From contig JAFSEA010000027.1 in the NCBI GenBank assembly GCA_017435965.1, positions 21,319 to 85,318 of the forward strand: a DNA stretch of 64,000 nt, read 5' to 3'. Below the pieces are notes generated by a model that saw only the letters and a program-made list of their open reading frames with translations, ran no database searches and had not been told where the DNA came from. Both the position numbers and the translations under genes were made by a program. Source of the DNA: Oscillospiraceae bacterium (GTDB taxonomy: Bacteria; Bacillota; Clostridia; Oscillospirales; JAAYXM01). Numbering within the stretch: the first letter of the stretch is position 1; every line of letters begins with the position of its first letter. Below, piece after piece: positions 20,826 through 31,206 of the stretch.

Positions 20826-21707
20826 TTAGCCCTTAACCGAACCAATCATAACGCCCTTAACAAAGTACTTCTGCAAGAACGGATACACAGCAATGATCGG
20901 AGCAATAGCAACGATAATTGTAGCATACTTAAGAGCATCACCGGCAGTTTTGTTATTGACAACCTCAGCTGCAGACTCTTCAGTATTTGTTCCCTGAAGA
21001 ACAATCTGACGAAGGATGATCTGCAACGGATATCTTGTATCTTCATTGAGGTAAATGAGCGGACCGAAGAATCCGTTCCACTGTGCAACAGCAACGAAAA
21101 GTCCGATTGTTGCGATAATAGCTGTTGATGTCGGAAGAACAAGATACCAAAGGATACCGATATCGTTAAGTCCGTCAAGACGTCCCGACTCTTCAATTTC
21201 CTTCGGGAATCCGTGGAAAAACGATCTCATAATAATACAGTTATACGCACCGAATGCGCCCGGAAGGACTATCGCCCAGATTGAGTTCATAAGACCGAGC
21301 CACTTGATACACATAAATGCAGGAATCATACCGCCGCCGAAGAACATTGTGATAAGAACAAGGATGTTCATAAATGCACCGCCGGGAAGTCTCTTCTTAC
21401 TGAGAGCATAAGCACCGGTTGTGAGAACAAACAAGGCTATCGCCGTTCCAAGCACCGTGTATATGATTGTGTTCTTATAAGCCGTAAAGATAAGCGGCTG
21501 TTCAAGAACCTGCTCATACGTGGCAAGCGTTGCGCCAAACTTACCGTCTACCTTAGGATAAATACCTACATTACCGGACATAACGTCCCAGTTCTCGGAA
21601 AGAGAGATGGACAACATATAGAGGAACGGGAAAATCATAATGAATATAACAAACCAAAGAACTGCATTTCGGAGCAGCCAACCAACCGTAAACTTTTTCT
21701 CAACCAT
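20826..21707 (-). CDS. carbohydrate ABC transporter permease (YtcP/LplC-like)
   Basis: EAA-like EIEESGRLDG, LFVAVAQWN, YPFLQKYFVKGVMIGSVKG end. Confidence 0.92.
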   Translation of the reverse strand: MVEKKFTVGWLLRNAVLWFVIFIMIFPFLYMLSISLSENWDVMSGNVGIYPKVDGKFGATLATYEQVLEQPLIFTAYKNTIIYTVLGTAIALFVLTTGAYALSKKRLPGGAFMNILVLITMFFGGGMIPAFMCIKWLGLMNSIWAIVLPGAFGAYNCIIMRSFFHGFPKEIEESGRLDGLNDIGILWYLVLPTSTAIIATIGLFVAVAQWNGFFGPLIYLNEDTRYPLQIILRQIVLQGTNTEESAAEVVNNKTAGDALKYATIIVAIAPIIAVYPFLQKYFVKGVMIGSVKG

Positions 21708-21722
21708 TATATTTTCCCTCCT

Positions 21723-22751
21723 TTACCAAAGACTTGTTTCACTAACTGTCTTGGAGACATAGTTAGAAACAACAACAAGAATCAAACATACAACCGAGTT
21801 GAAAAGACCAACCGCTGAACCGTAACTGAAACTTGAGGATGTCAAGCCGTATCGATAAACATACGTTGAAATAACCTCTGAAGTCTCATATGTCGGTGCA
21901 GACTCAAGCAAGAATACCTTTTCAAAACCGACCGAGAAAATGCTACCCATTCTGAGAAGAAGCATTGTGATGATTGTGGGTGCGATACTGGGAAGCGTGA
22001 TGCTCCACAAGCAACGCATCTTTCCTGCTCCATCAACTGTTGCCGCCTCATAAAGCTGCGGGTCAACATTGGTAAGAGCAGCGAGGTAAATGATAGCACC
22101 CCAGCCAAGTTCCTGCCAGATACCGGAAGCTATGTAGATAGTTCTGAAGTATTTTGCTTCTGCAAGAATATCGAGAGACTCAACACCGAGCGAACCGAGA
22201 AGATTTGCCACGATACCGCTGTCGGGAGAAAGAAGCATCTTTACAAGACCAACAACAACAACGACTGAATAGAAGTGCGGCATATAGCTTATTGTTTGTA
22301 CCCACTTCTTGAACTTCATATTCTGTACTTCGTTAAGGAGAAGCGCAAGAATAATCGGTGCCGGGAAGCCCCAAAGCAAGTTGTAGAACGCAAGCAAGAA
22401 TGTGTTCTTGATCATTCTCCAACAATAATTATAGTCGAAGAAACGTTCAAAGTGACTCAAACCTACCCATTCACTTTCCAGCATACCAATGAACGGCTTA
22501 TACTCTTTAAAAGCGATGATAAGACCATACATCGGGAAGTATGCGAACAGCATAAGGCAGATCATTGCCGGACAGACAAGAATCAAAAGATACTTTCCAT
22601 CTGCAAGCTTTTTTAACCACTGCGGTTTTGCGGCCGCCGGAGAATCCGGAAGCACTTCTCCCTTCAAGGGAGCACTGTTGTACTGCTTATTGGCCTTTGC
22701 GGTTGCTTCGGCCAACGTCTTTTCAGACTCAGCATTTTTTGTTGCCTTCAA
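21723..22751 (-). CDS. carbohydrate ABC transporter permease (YteP/LplB-like)
   Basis: PMYGLIIAFK, WVGLSHF, GWGAIIYLAAL, LYEAATVDGA motifs. Probable TTG start at 22751, 9 nt after AGGAG (ORF track uses 22760). Confidence 0.92.
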   Translation of the reverse strand: MKATKNAESEKTLAEATAKANKQYNSAPLKGEVLPDSPAAAKPQWLKKLADGKYLLILVCPAMICLMLFAYFPMYGLIIAFKEYKPFIGMLESEWVGLSHFERFFDYNYCWRMIKNTFLLAFYNLLWGFPAPIILALLLNEVQNMKFKKWVQTISYMPHFYSVVVVVGLVKMLLSPDSGIVANLLGSLGVESLDILAEAKYFRTIYIASGIWQELGWGAIIYLAALTNVDPQLYEAATVDGAGKMRCLWSITLPSIAPTIITMLLLRMGSIFSVGFEKVFLLESAPTYETSEVISTYVYRYGLTSSSFSYGSAVGLFNSVVCLILVVVSNYVSKTVSETSLW

Positions 22752-23204
22752 AGTATTCAACTCCTTGAAATTTTCTTTTGCACACGCCTTACAGAAATGT
22801 GAAACGCATACATATTATAAAGTATGGACAATACGCCTTTCCATACAGTATAAACAAATAAGCTATCGGATCCGGAAGTAAACCTGTCCGATACTTCGAT
22901 AAATCTGTTATGTCTGTTCAGAACGCAATTTTCCACATTTGTATTATACAACATAATATACCCAAATATGAATCATTATTTTTTTAACTCATCATCATTT
23001 CTTTGAATTTTGGTAAAAATAATTATGAGCACAATTTATGACTACACCACTTCTCTAAATCGCATCCAAAAAACAAAAAAGTTACAAAAAACCATCTTTT
23101 TACACAAAAAGCATAACTTTGCACTTAGCAAATCCCATTTAACAAGTCGTTAATATTTTCCCAAAAAACGACATAAACATCCATGTTTTTCTAATTTTTT
23201 GTAA

Positions 23205-25469
23205 TTATTTTTTACAGTCATCACCATAATGCTTTTTGCGATACTCTCCCGGAGTATATCCTGTATACTTTTTAAAGAGACGGATAAACGTGTTTATATT
23301 GGGAAGACCAACCATAACCGCTATATCTTTATTCTTATTCTGAGGATTTTCGCTGAGTTCGACCGCTTTTTTTATGCGATAATTATTTAAATAATCGCTC
23401 AGATTGACATTCATCTTTTCTTTGAAATAAGAAGATATATACGCTGCCGTAAGCTTGAGCTTTTCCGCAAAAAGATTAAGATATATATCCTCTGCATAAT
23501 GATTATCAATATATTCGAGAATGTAACTTATAATGTAATCATCTTCCCTTTTGTTTTCCCGTATCATCGACATAACTTCAGCAAGGAATTCCCCACACAC
23601 GCGTCTGTATTCGGACGGAGTGTGTGCACGTTCAAGATCCTTGTACACATCAGAAAGCCTTATATTTTGCGGAATTGCATGTAGTTTTCTATTCACAAGC
23701 TTTACCGCACAATTGATAATCTCAGTAGAAAGAAGATACAATTCAAAACAATTGATATCCTTCTTTATGTTATACTCAAGTATCTCATCGACGGCACGAA
23801 GTGCTTCTTCTTCATTTCCATTCTGAAGGATGGCCGAAAGCCTCCCCATTTCTTCAACTGAAAAATAAAACCTACTTGCACTGAGTTGAACATCTTCTTC
23901 AAACAAAATCTGTGTTTCAGCTATTGGTTTACTATACTTTGAAAGATCGATAAGAGCATCGTAAACACTTTTGATATTTTCCATTCCATCATAAGAACGA
24001 GAAACTGCAATTGTAAAAAAGGCATATTCAGATTCGTTGGAAAGCTTGGCAACAAGACTGTCAACAACTTCTTTTTCTCCCGAAAAGCCTTCTTTTATAT
24101 CAAACACCGAAACAATTCCATTCTTTTCAATTTGAAAAGTTGTTGCATTTATATCCCAAGTTTTAAGATACATCTCAATCAGCTGTTTAAGCAAAAATGT
24201 TGCTTTTCCCGAATCCTTTCCGATATAATCCTCAAACTCTTCTTTGTAGTTCACTCTGAGGTATATCATAAAGAAAGCTCTCGAAATATCAACATTTTTT
24301 TCAATATCGTCAATCCCTACATACACATCTCTCATACGGGACTGAAGCAACATAGAATCAAGCACCGAATCCATCGGCTTTACCTCTGCAGATGAACGTA
24401 TATTGTGTGAAGCAAGTAACTTTACAGCATCTACAAGCTCATCAATCGACCTAACAGCTTTTTTTTCTCGTTCGCTGTCACTCATATTTTCAAAAACGAC
24501 ATCTGAAAGCTTAGTAAATTTCTTTGCATAAGCGTATGCCAAAGCAAATGCAACAATTACCATAGAAAAGATAACCAGAACAGGAACAACCAAATCCCCA
24601 CCAAGAGAAAACTTGACTGCATCACTCAGTTCTTTTTCCGAAAGAAGCTTTACGATACGGATGTTCTCATTGTCCGTGTCTATCATCTTGAAGATATATC
24701 CCTTTTCATCCGCAGAAAGCTCTGCATTTCCCTCGATGCGAACAGCTTCCGTAATAACTTTTTCTGAAATCCCGTCCCCCACATACAAAGGAACATTTTC
24801 TTCCGACAAAATGCACGAAACACCAAATTCTCCGGCAACTTCTTCTATGTCCAACAAAGCAACAATCGCATATGTGCTTTCCGAGCGAGGTTTAAATACA
24901 ATCGGAAGAAGATCGCATTTGGTTCTTTGCATTGTCTCCCCTTCTATTGAAAACTCCGTTGCTTTCAACATTTCAAAAACAGAATTTCCTTTTGCCTTTT
25001 CAATCCAGAAATCTTCGCGATATTCCGTTCCCGAAAACTTAGAAAAGAACTCTTTATCGGAATATGTTCCTGTATATTCGTAAATAACATTCGGATTTCT
25101 GTCATCAACAACGAACACAGCAGAAAGAAAACTCGAAAACTCACTTTGATGACGGTCGACAAGAATGGATTTCATAGCACTTCTGATGTCATTCTTATCG
25201 ATGTATGAATTATTTTCAAATCTGACATCAGCAGAGATTTCCACAGAGACTTCATGCAGAGCAGCGCGAAGCTGACTGAACATTTGTCCCATATTTTCTG
25301 AATCATTTATAAATTCGATATTCAAATTTTCGACTGCCGCTTCTTTTCGTTCTTCAAAAGCATTGAACTTTACCAATAATAATGTTAAGGAAAACACAAG
25401 AATTATCGCAAGAAAACAAGAAAACAGTCGTATAAAAAACTTGTTATTTTTAAGAGACAAGAGCATCAC
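23205..25469 (-). CDS. large membrane-anchored AraC-family regulator (YesS/YtdP-like)
   Basis: Two TM segments around a sensor region; C-terminal HTH (YISSYFK...YRIKKA...FIRLFKKYTGYTPGEYR). Confidence 0.88.
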   Translation of the reverse strand: MMLLSLKNNKFFIRLFSCFLAIILVFSLTLLLVKFNAFEERKEAAVENLNIEFINDSENMGQMFSQLRAALHEVSVEISADVRFENNSYIDKNDIRSAMKSILVDRHQSEFSSFLSAVFVVDDRNPNVIYEYTGTYSDKEFFSKFSGTEYREDFWIEKAKGNSVFEMLKATEFSIEGETMQRTKCDLLPIVFKPRSESTYAIVALLDIEEVAGEFGVSCILSEENVPLYVGDGISEKVITEAVRIEGNAELSADEKGYIFKMIDTDNENIRIVKLLSEKELSDAVKFSLGGDLVVPVLVIFSMVIVAFALAYAYAKKFTKLSDVVFENMSDSEREKKAVRSIDELVDAVKLLASHNIRSSAEVKPMDSVLDSMLLQSRMRDVYVGIDDIEKNVDISRAFFMIYLRVNYKEEFEDYIGKDSGKATFLLKQLIEMYLKTWDINATTFQIEKNGIVSVFDIKEGFSGEKEVVDSLVAKLSNESEYAFFTIAVSRSYDGMENIKSVYDALIDLSKYSKPIAETQILFEEDVQLSASRFYFSVEEMGRLSAILQNGNEEEALRAVDEILEYNIKKDINCFELYLLSTEIINCAVKLVNRKLHAIPQNIRLSDVYKDLERAHTPSEYRRVCGEFLAEVMSMIRENKREDDYIISYILEYIDNHYAEDIYLNLFAEKLKLTAAYISSYFKEKMNVNLSDYLNNYRIKKAVELSENPQNKNKDIAVMVGLPNINTFIRLFKKYTGYTPGEYRKKHYGDDCKK

Positions 25470-25528
25470 CCTCCAAAAACATCACCATATTTTTAGATAT
25501 CATCTTAAATATTATACAACATAATAAT

Positions 25529-25560
25529 AAAAAAAGCAAAGACATTTTACGTCTTTGCTT
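25529..25560 (-). terminator. intrinsic terminator after the tagO-like gene
   Basis: AAGCAAAGAC / GTCTTTGCTT hairpin followed by a T tract on the minus strand. Confidence 0.6.
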
Positions 25561-25589
25561 AAAAATATTTGCATTTTTTTAATTTACCG

Positions 25590-26666
25590 CTATTCTTCCG
25601 AGTTATCGATGTCCTTTTTGTCACCATTTCTCTTTAAAAAAGTATAATAAATTTTTATAGCAATTATCGAAGCGATGATAAATGCGACAATAAAGAACAA
25701 CGAGCGAACTGCACCGCTTGATGTGAGAAGAACCGCAGAAATGCCGAGAATTCCACTAATAAGATACAATATCAAAACAGTCTGCTTCTGAGAAAATCCC
25801 ATATCTATCAATCTATGATGCACATGTCCTCTATCCGGATGCATGGGACTCTGGCCATGAAGCAAACGCCTGATAATAGCAAAGGCTGTATCAAAAATCG
25901 GAAGTCCGAGAACAAGAAACGGTACTGCAAAAGAAAGAATTGCATAAGTCTTGAATGTTCCCTGAATAGACATAGTAGCAAGAATAAATCCAAGAAATGT
26001 TGCACCGGTATCTCCGACAAACATTTTTGCAGGATTGATATTGTATGGCAAAAAGCCGATACAAGCACCGGTGAGCGCCGCCATTATTACCACAAGAGTA
26101 AATTCGGAAAGAAGTGCCGAAATAACAAGAAGCGATATTGATGCAATCGTGCACACACCTACCGAAAGACCATCAAGTCCGTCTATAAGATTGACCGCAT
26201 TTGTGATAGCAACAATCCAAAAAACAGTAACGGGGATTCCCCAATCACCCAAGCTGAAATACGCAGTATCACTAAACACATTCACATTTGATATGACATC
26301 AATTCTCGTCCCGTGATATACAACCACAAGTGCCGCCACAATCTGTATTACAAACTTCACCATAGCAGGCAAAGAAACAGAGTCATCTATGACACCGAGA
26401 ACAACGATGATAACCGCGCCGAGAAGAATACCTTGTAGTTCTCTATTCATCGGCACAAGCAATAACACAGTTACAAGAAACGCAAAGAATACCGCAAGTC
26501 CGCCAAGTCTCGGAATTGGCTTCTTATGCATACGCCGATCGTCTTTCGGAACGTCTATTGCACCTATTTTATAAGCCGTCCTTTTTGCAATCGGAGACAA
26601 AATAAACGAAAGAATTCCCGAAATCAAAAATGCGACTATCGTTTTAATAACAGTCATTTTATCCAT
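25590..26666 (-). CDS. undecaprenyl-phosphate GlcNAc-1-phosphate transferase (TagO/WecA, MraY family)
   Basis: H.KPIPRLGG, GVIDD, NAVNLIDGLDG, FVGDTG, DRGHVHHRL motifs. Confidence 0.92.
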   Translation of the reverse strand: MDKMTVIKTIVAFLISGILSFILSPIAKRTAYKIGAIDVPKDDRRMHKKPIPRLGGLAVFFAFLVTVLLLVPMNRELQGILLGAVIIVVLGVIDDSVSLPAMVKFVIQIVAALVVVYHGTRIDVISNVNVFSDTAYFSLGDWGIPVTVFWIVAITNAVNLIDGLDGLSVGVCTIASISLLVISALLSEFTLVVIMAALTGACIGFLPYNINPAKMFVGDTGATFLGFILATMSIQGTFKTYAILSFAVPFLVLGLPIFDTAFAIIRRLLHGQSPMHPDRGHVHHRLIDMGFSQKQTVLILYLISGILGISAVLLTSSGAVRSLFFIVAFIIASIIAIKIYYTFLKRNGDKKDIDNSEE

Positions 26667-26688
26667 TGTACATTCCTCTTATCTTTCG

Positions 26689-27699
26689 TCAGCGTGCCTT
26701 TGCCACAAATCCGACTTTTTTGCTGACCTTTTCAAGTGTGCGCTCTGCAAGCTGCGATGCACGAATCGCATTTTTCTTGTATATTTCTTCAAGATAGTCC
26801 TTATTCTTAAGGATATCTTCAGTTTTTTCACGAACAGGCCGAAGCAGTTCAACAACAGCCTCACCTACTGCACACTTGAAGTCTCCGTAGCCTTTGCCCA
26901 CAAACTCGTTTTCGATCTCGGAAACACTTTTTCCCGTTGCGACAGAATAGATGGTGATAAGGTTGTTTACTCCGGCTTTTCCCTCACGGTATTCAACCTT
27001 CGCCTCACTATCTGTTACCGCACGTTTGAACTTTCGCATAATATCTTCGGGCTTATCCATAAGAAGAACATATGCATTGGGGTTGGTATCGGACTTTGAC
27101 ATTTTCTTCTCAGGTTCTGCAAGACTCATAATTCTTCCGCCAACCTTTGGTATATAAGGCTCCGGAATTCTGAAAACATCTCCGTGATGGTTGTTAAAGC
27201 GCTGTGCAATATTTCTTGCAAGCTCAAGATGCTGTTTCTGATCCTCACCTATCGGAACGTAATCCGCGTTATAGAGAAGGATATCGGCAGCCATAAGCAC
27301 GGGATAGTCAAAAAGACCTGCATTGATATTATCGGCATGCTTTGCGGATTTATCCTTAAACTGAGTCATTCTGGAAAGTTCGCCATACATAGTGTAGCAA
27401 TTGAGAATCCAGGAAAGCTCTGCATGCTGTCTGACATGGCTTTGAATATACATAATATTCTTTTCGGGATCAAGGCCACAACCGATAAGAAGCGCAAGGA
27501 GAGAAAGAGTCTGCTCACGAAGCTTTTTAGGGTCCTGACGAACGGTTATGGCATGCATATCAACAACGCAGAAAAGGCAATCATACATATCCTGCATACT
27601 TACCCAATTTGTGATAGCACCCATATAATTTCCCATTGTTATATTACCGGAAGGTTGAATTCCGGAAAAAACGCGTTGTCTTCTTTCTGTATTTTCCAT
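26689..27699 (-). CDS. trpS: tryptophan--tRNA ligase
   Basis: SGIQPSG, TMGNY (HIGH variant), YPVLMAADIL, GEDQKQH, KMSKS. Confidence 0.97.
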   Translation of the reverse strand: MENTERRQRVFSGIQPSGNITMGNYMGAITNWVSMQDMYDCLFCVVDMHAITVRQDPKKLREQTLSLLALLIGCGLDPEKNIMYIQSHVRQHAELSWILNCYTMYGELSRMTQFKDKSAKHADNINAGLFDYPVLMAADILLYNADYVPIGEDQKQHLELARNIAQRFNNHHGDVFRIPEPYIPKVGGRIMSLAEPEKKMSKSDTNPNAYVLLMDKPEDIMRKFKRAVTDSEAKVEYREGKAGVNNLITIYSVATGKSVSEIENEFVGKGYGDFKCAVGEAVVELLRPVREKTEDILKNKDYLEEIYKKNAIRASQLAERTLEKVSKKVGFVAKAR

Positions 27700-27713
27700 A
27701 AGATGAACCTCAC

Positions 27714-28901
27714 TTATCCAACATACTCATTAAGCACCTTTGCAAGGCGGTCTATTCCGCGTTCAATCTCATCAAGAGACGGAAGCGAAAAATTAAGACG
27801 GAAGGTGGGGTAAATTTTGGTATCATCCGCCGCAAAAGTACATCCCGGCACGATTGCCACCTTCGCCGCCTTTGCACGGTTTGTAAGCTCCGCACCATCA
27901 AAGCCATCAGGCATTGTGCAGGAGACAAAAAGTCCACCTTCGGGTCTTGTAAACGAAACTTTCTTTGTGAATGCCTTTTCAATGCATTCAAGCATCTTAT
28001 CAAGCTTCACCCTATAAATATCGCAGATTTTTGCAATATGTTCATCAATATCGTTTTCTTTGAGATATTCTGCCGCAAGCATCTGGAAGAAAAGGTTTGT
28101 GTGAACATCAGAAACCTGCTTTGCAACGGTAAGCTTGCTGATAATCTCCTTTGATGCACAGGCAAAACCTATTCTGATACCCGGAGAGAGAATCTTTGAA
28201 TATGAACCGCAGAAAATTACTCTTCCCTTTTCATCAAGACTCTTGATTGTGGGAACCGGCTCACCACGGAATCGAAGTTCAAAATAGGGACTATCCTCAA
28301 GAACCATAACATCATACTTTTCCGCAAGCTCAAGAAGTTTTTTGCGACGAGAAAGACTCATAGTTGTTCCTGTGGGATTCTGGAATGTAGGTATGGTGTA
28401 GATAAGCTTTATATTCTTTTCAGTTTTAAGCTTTTCTTCAAGAACATCCATAAGCATACCATCGTTATCAACAGGTACACCGACAAGATTTACACCATAG
28501 GAGCGAAGAGCATTGAGAGCTCCGACAAAAGCAGGATCCTCGCAGATAACGGAATCGCCTTCGTTAAGAAGGATTTTGGCTGTCATTTCTATTGCCTGCT
28601 GTCCGCCGCTTGTGATGATGAGGTCATCGGTTTCTTCCTTAAAAACATTATGTTTTTTGCCCATTCTCTCTTTTGTTATATCACGAAGCGGAGTATACCC
28701 CTCACTGACACCATACTGGAGAGCACTTGCTGCCTTTGTTTCAAAAATATTTGCCGCAATCTTCTTCATTGCATCTACCGGAAAACTATCCGGAGCAGGA
28801 TTGCCTGCCGCGAAGGATATGAGATCCGGGTCGTTTGGCATTTTTAATATTTCACGAATAGCCGAAGGCTTAAGCGATGATATTCTGTTTGAAAATTCCA
28901 T
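27714..28901 (-). CDS. PLP-dependent aminotransferase class I/II (LysN-like)
   Basis: SAIREIL, FAAGNP, PTFQNPTG, EDSPY, GSYSKILSPGIRIG (PLP lysine); start ATG 28901 after GGAGG. Confidence 0.92.
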   Translation of the reverse strand: MEFSNRISSLKPSAIREILKMPNDPDLISFAAGNPAPDSFPVDAMKKIAANIFETKAASALQYGVSEGYTPLRDITKERMGKKHNVFKEETDDLIITSGGQQAIEMTAKILLNEGDSVICEDPAFVGALNALRSYGVNLVGVPVDNDGMLMDVLEEKLKTEKNIKLIYTIPTFQNPTGTTMSLSRRKKLLELAEKYDVMVLEDSPYFELRFRGEPVPTIKSLDEKGRVIFCGSYSKILSPGIRIGFACASKEIISKLTVAKQVSDVHTNLFFQMLAAEYLKENDIDEHIAKICDIYRVKLDKMLECIEKAFTKKVSFTRPEGGLFVSCTMPDGFDGAELTNRAKAAKVAIVPGCTFAADDTKIYPTFRLNFSLPSLDEIERGIDRLAKVLNEYVG

Positions 28902-29004
28902 TGTGACATACGCCTCCAATTTAATATGTATGTTATATTTTATTATTCTACCATATATAGAAAAAAATATCAACTCATTTCATAATATGCTTTGTATTTT
29001 TTAC

Positions 29005-29046
29005 AAAAAAACAACCTGTTCGGCACGCGCCCGAACAAGTTGTTTT
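29005..29046 (-). terminator. intrinsic terminator after the symporter
   Basis: AAAACAACCTGTTCGG / CCGAACAAGTTGTTTT hairpin. Confidence 0.65.
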
Positions 29047-29049
29047 AAA

Positions 29050-30408
29050 TCATTTTAATCTGTCGAAATGTTGACGGCTCATAGCACGTACAACCCCCGA
29101 AAGACCTATCAGTCCGATTAAGTTAGGTATTGCCATAAGCCCGTTCATCATCTCGGAAATGCTCCAGACAAGGTCGAGACTTCCAACCGCACCGATGAAA
29201 ACGAATGCGACATATACATATCTGTAAGCAAGAACTGCTTTTCTTGAATTTTTCGAAAGAAACTCTATGCTTACCTCGCCGTAATAGCCCCATCCGAGGA
29301 TTGTTGAAAGTGCAAAAAACACCGTTGAAAGCGTTACAACAACTCCACCGACACCGGGAAGAATTTCATTAAACGACGCTATTGAGAGAGCTGCGCCTTC
29401 ATATGCACCACCCTGCCAAAAATCACAAGTGAGGATAACAAGAGCAGACACGGTACAGATTACTATACTTGTGAAGAAAACTTCAAACATACCCCAAAGA
29501 CCTTGTTTTACAGGGTCTTTGGCACTTGATGCCGCATGAGCAATAGGTGCACTACCAAGTCCCGCTTCGTTTGAGAACACTCCTCTTGAAAATCCGAACT
29601 GCATTGCACGCATAATTCCATATCCCGCAACTCCGCCGAATGCCGCTTTGAAATTGAATGCTTCTTCAAAGATAAGCGCAAAAGCGGCAGGAATTTCTTT
29701 TATTCTGAGAACCAGAGCAGTAAGAGCACACGCAACAAAGAAGATAGCCATAAAAGGGACAAGCTTTTCATTTACGGATGCAATTCTCTTCATACCACCG
29801 AGCACTACCACGGCAGTTATTGCCGCCAAAACAATTCCCGTTATCCACGGACTTATACCGACTGTACTCTTAAGAGCGATTGCGATTGAGTTTGACTGTG
29901 TTGCGTTTCCCGTTCCGAGACACGCAATCATTGCAAATATTGCAAATGCGCCTGCGAGAACAGGAAGCTTCAGTCCGTTCTTGATGTAATACATCGGTCC
30001 TCCTACCCAACGCCCATCCTCGTTCTTTTCCCTGAAACGAAGAGAAAGAATTATCTCGGAATATTTTGTTACCATTCCGAGAAGTGCGCTTATCCACATC
30101 CAGAAAACAGCACCGGGACCACCCGATACTATCGCAGTTGCGATACCTGCTATGCTTCCCGTTCCGATAGTTCCTGCCATTGCAGTTGCAACAGCCTGAA
30201 ACGGACTTACGCCCGAACTATCCTTCTCATGCTGATTTTTTGAGAAAATTCCAAAAATCGTATTGCGGAGCATATATCCGAATTTGCGAAATTGAGGGAA
30301 ACCCATCCTCAAAGAAAGGAAAAGACCTGCTCCTATAAGAAGCGTGAGCATAATAGGTCCCCAAACTATTCCATTGATTTCTCCGACAATTTTACTTATG
30401 ATTTCCAT
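29050..30408 (-). CDS. alanine/glycine:cation symporter (AGCS family)
   Basis: GTIGTGSIAG, GGPGAVFWMW, GGPMYYI, FSNEAGLGS motifs. Confidence 0.94.
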   Translation of the reverse strand: MEIISKIVGEINGIVWGPIMLTLLIGAGLFLSLRMGFPQFRKFGYMLRNTIFGIFSKNQHEKDSSGVSPFQAVATAMAGTIGTGSIAGIATAIVSGGPGAVFWMWISALLGMVTKYSEIILSLRFREKNEDGRWVGGPMYYIKNGLKLPVLAGAFAIFAMIACLGTGNATQSNSIAIALKSTVGISPWITGIVLAAITAVVVLGGMKRIASVNEKLVPFMAIFFVACALTALVLRIKEIPAAFALIFEEAFNFKAAFGGVAGYGIMRAMQFGFSRGVFSNEAGLGSAPIAHAASSAKDPVKQGLWGMFEVFFTSIVICTVSALVILTCDFWQGGAYEGAALSIASFNEILPGVGGVVVTLSTVFFALSTILGWGYYGEVSIEFLSKNSRKAVLAYRYVYVAFVFIGAVGSLDLVWSISEMMNGLMAIPNLIGLIGLSGVVRAMSRQHFDRLK

Positions 30409-30438
30409 TTTGCTATCCCCTGTTTTTCATTTTTCTGT

Positions 30439-30900
30439 TCAGCCGATACTTTTTATATCCGGCAGGTGACATACTTCGCATTTGTTTGTTGAGAGAACTA
30501 CCGATGTTCTCGTCAGCGAAACGCCGCCTATTGCTTTGACGAAATTGAGAATTTCTTCAAGATTTTTTCCTATTTTTGTTATGACCTTGAGAATGAAATC
30601 AAAATCTCCCGCAATATAATGACATTCAACAATTGAATCATTCTTCTTTATCTGATTTATAAACTCTTCATTATATTTAGGATGCTCAAGGCTTACGGAA
30701 ATAAACGCCCAAAGCTCACGTCCCAACACACTTTGATCAATTATCGCCGTGTATTGAGCGATAATCCCCGTGTTCTCAAGTTTCTTTATCCTCTCAATAA
30801 CCGCCGAGGTAGATAAATTTATTTTTGAGCCGATAACGCTTGCTTTTTCTCTTGAGTTGTTTTTGAGGCATTCAAGTATGCGATAGTCAAGAATATCCAC
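30439..30900 (-). CDS. Lrp/AsnC family regulator
   Basis: D.LD..IL..L..N.R, SAVIERIKKLE..GII, ECHYIAGDFDF motifs; probable GTG start at 30900 after GAGGGGG. Confidence 0.92.
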   Translation of the reverse strand: MDILDYRILECLKNNSREKASVIGSKINLSTSAVIERIKKLENTGIIAQYTAIIDQSVLGRELWAFISVSLEHPKYNEEFINQIKKNDSIVECHYIAGDFDFILKVITKIGKNLEEILNFVKAIGGVSLTRTSVVLSTNKCEVCHLPDIKSIG

Positions 30901-31206
30901 AATATCCCCCCTCAAATAAGTAGATTATAATAAAAACAGAAAAATTTGTAAAGCAAACAGGAAATCATAAGTATTATTTTTGTTATTTTTTAATTTCACC
31001 AAAATATTTTCCGAATCCCCATCACCTTTCCGAATTTTTTAATCAAGAGCATCTTCAAAGAGGAGTATACCATATCTTTCATCTTCCTTCAAGGAGAATA
31101 TCGAAAGCCACAAAAAGCATTGCAGATGGTACTTTTCTCATATTTACTTTTCACACTTTCTTTAGTATAATGAAAAAGCGAAATATGATTGGAGGGAAAC
31201 TTCATT

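Noticed and set aside
22798-22812. TGTGAAACGCATACA as a possible cre/LacI operator
   Set aside because: Several mismatches to the cre consensus on both strands; too weak to call.
31040-31105. Imperfect direct repeat CATCTTC...GGAG.AT in the lrp-GATase intergenic region
   Set aside because: Short and degenerate, with no recognisable riboswitch or credible small ORF.
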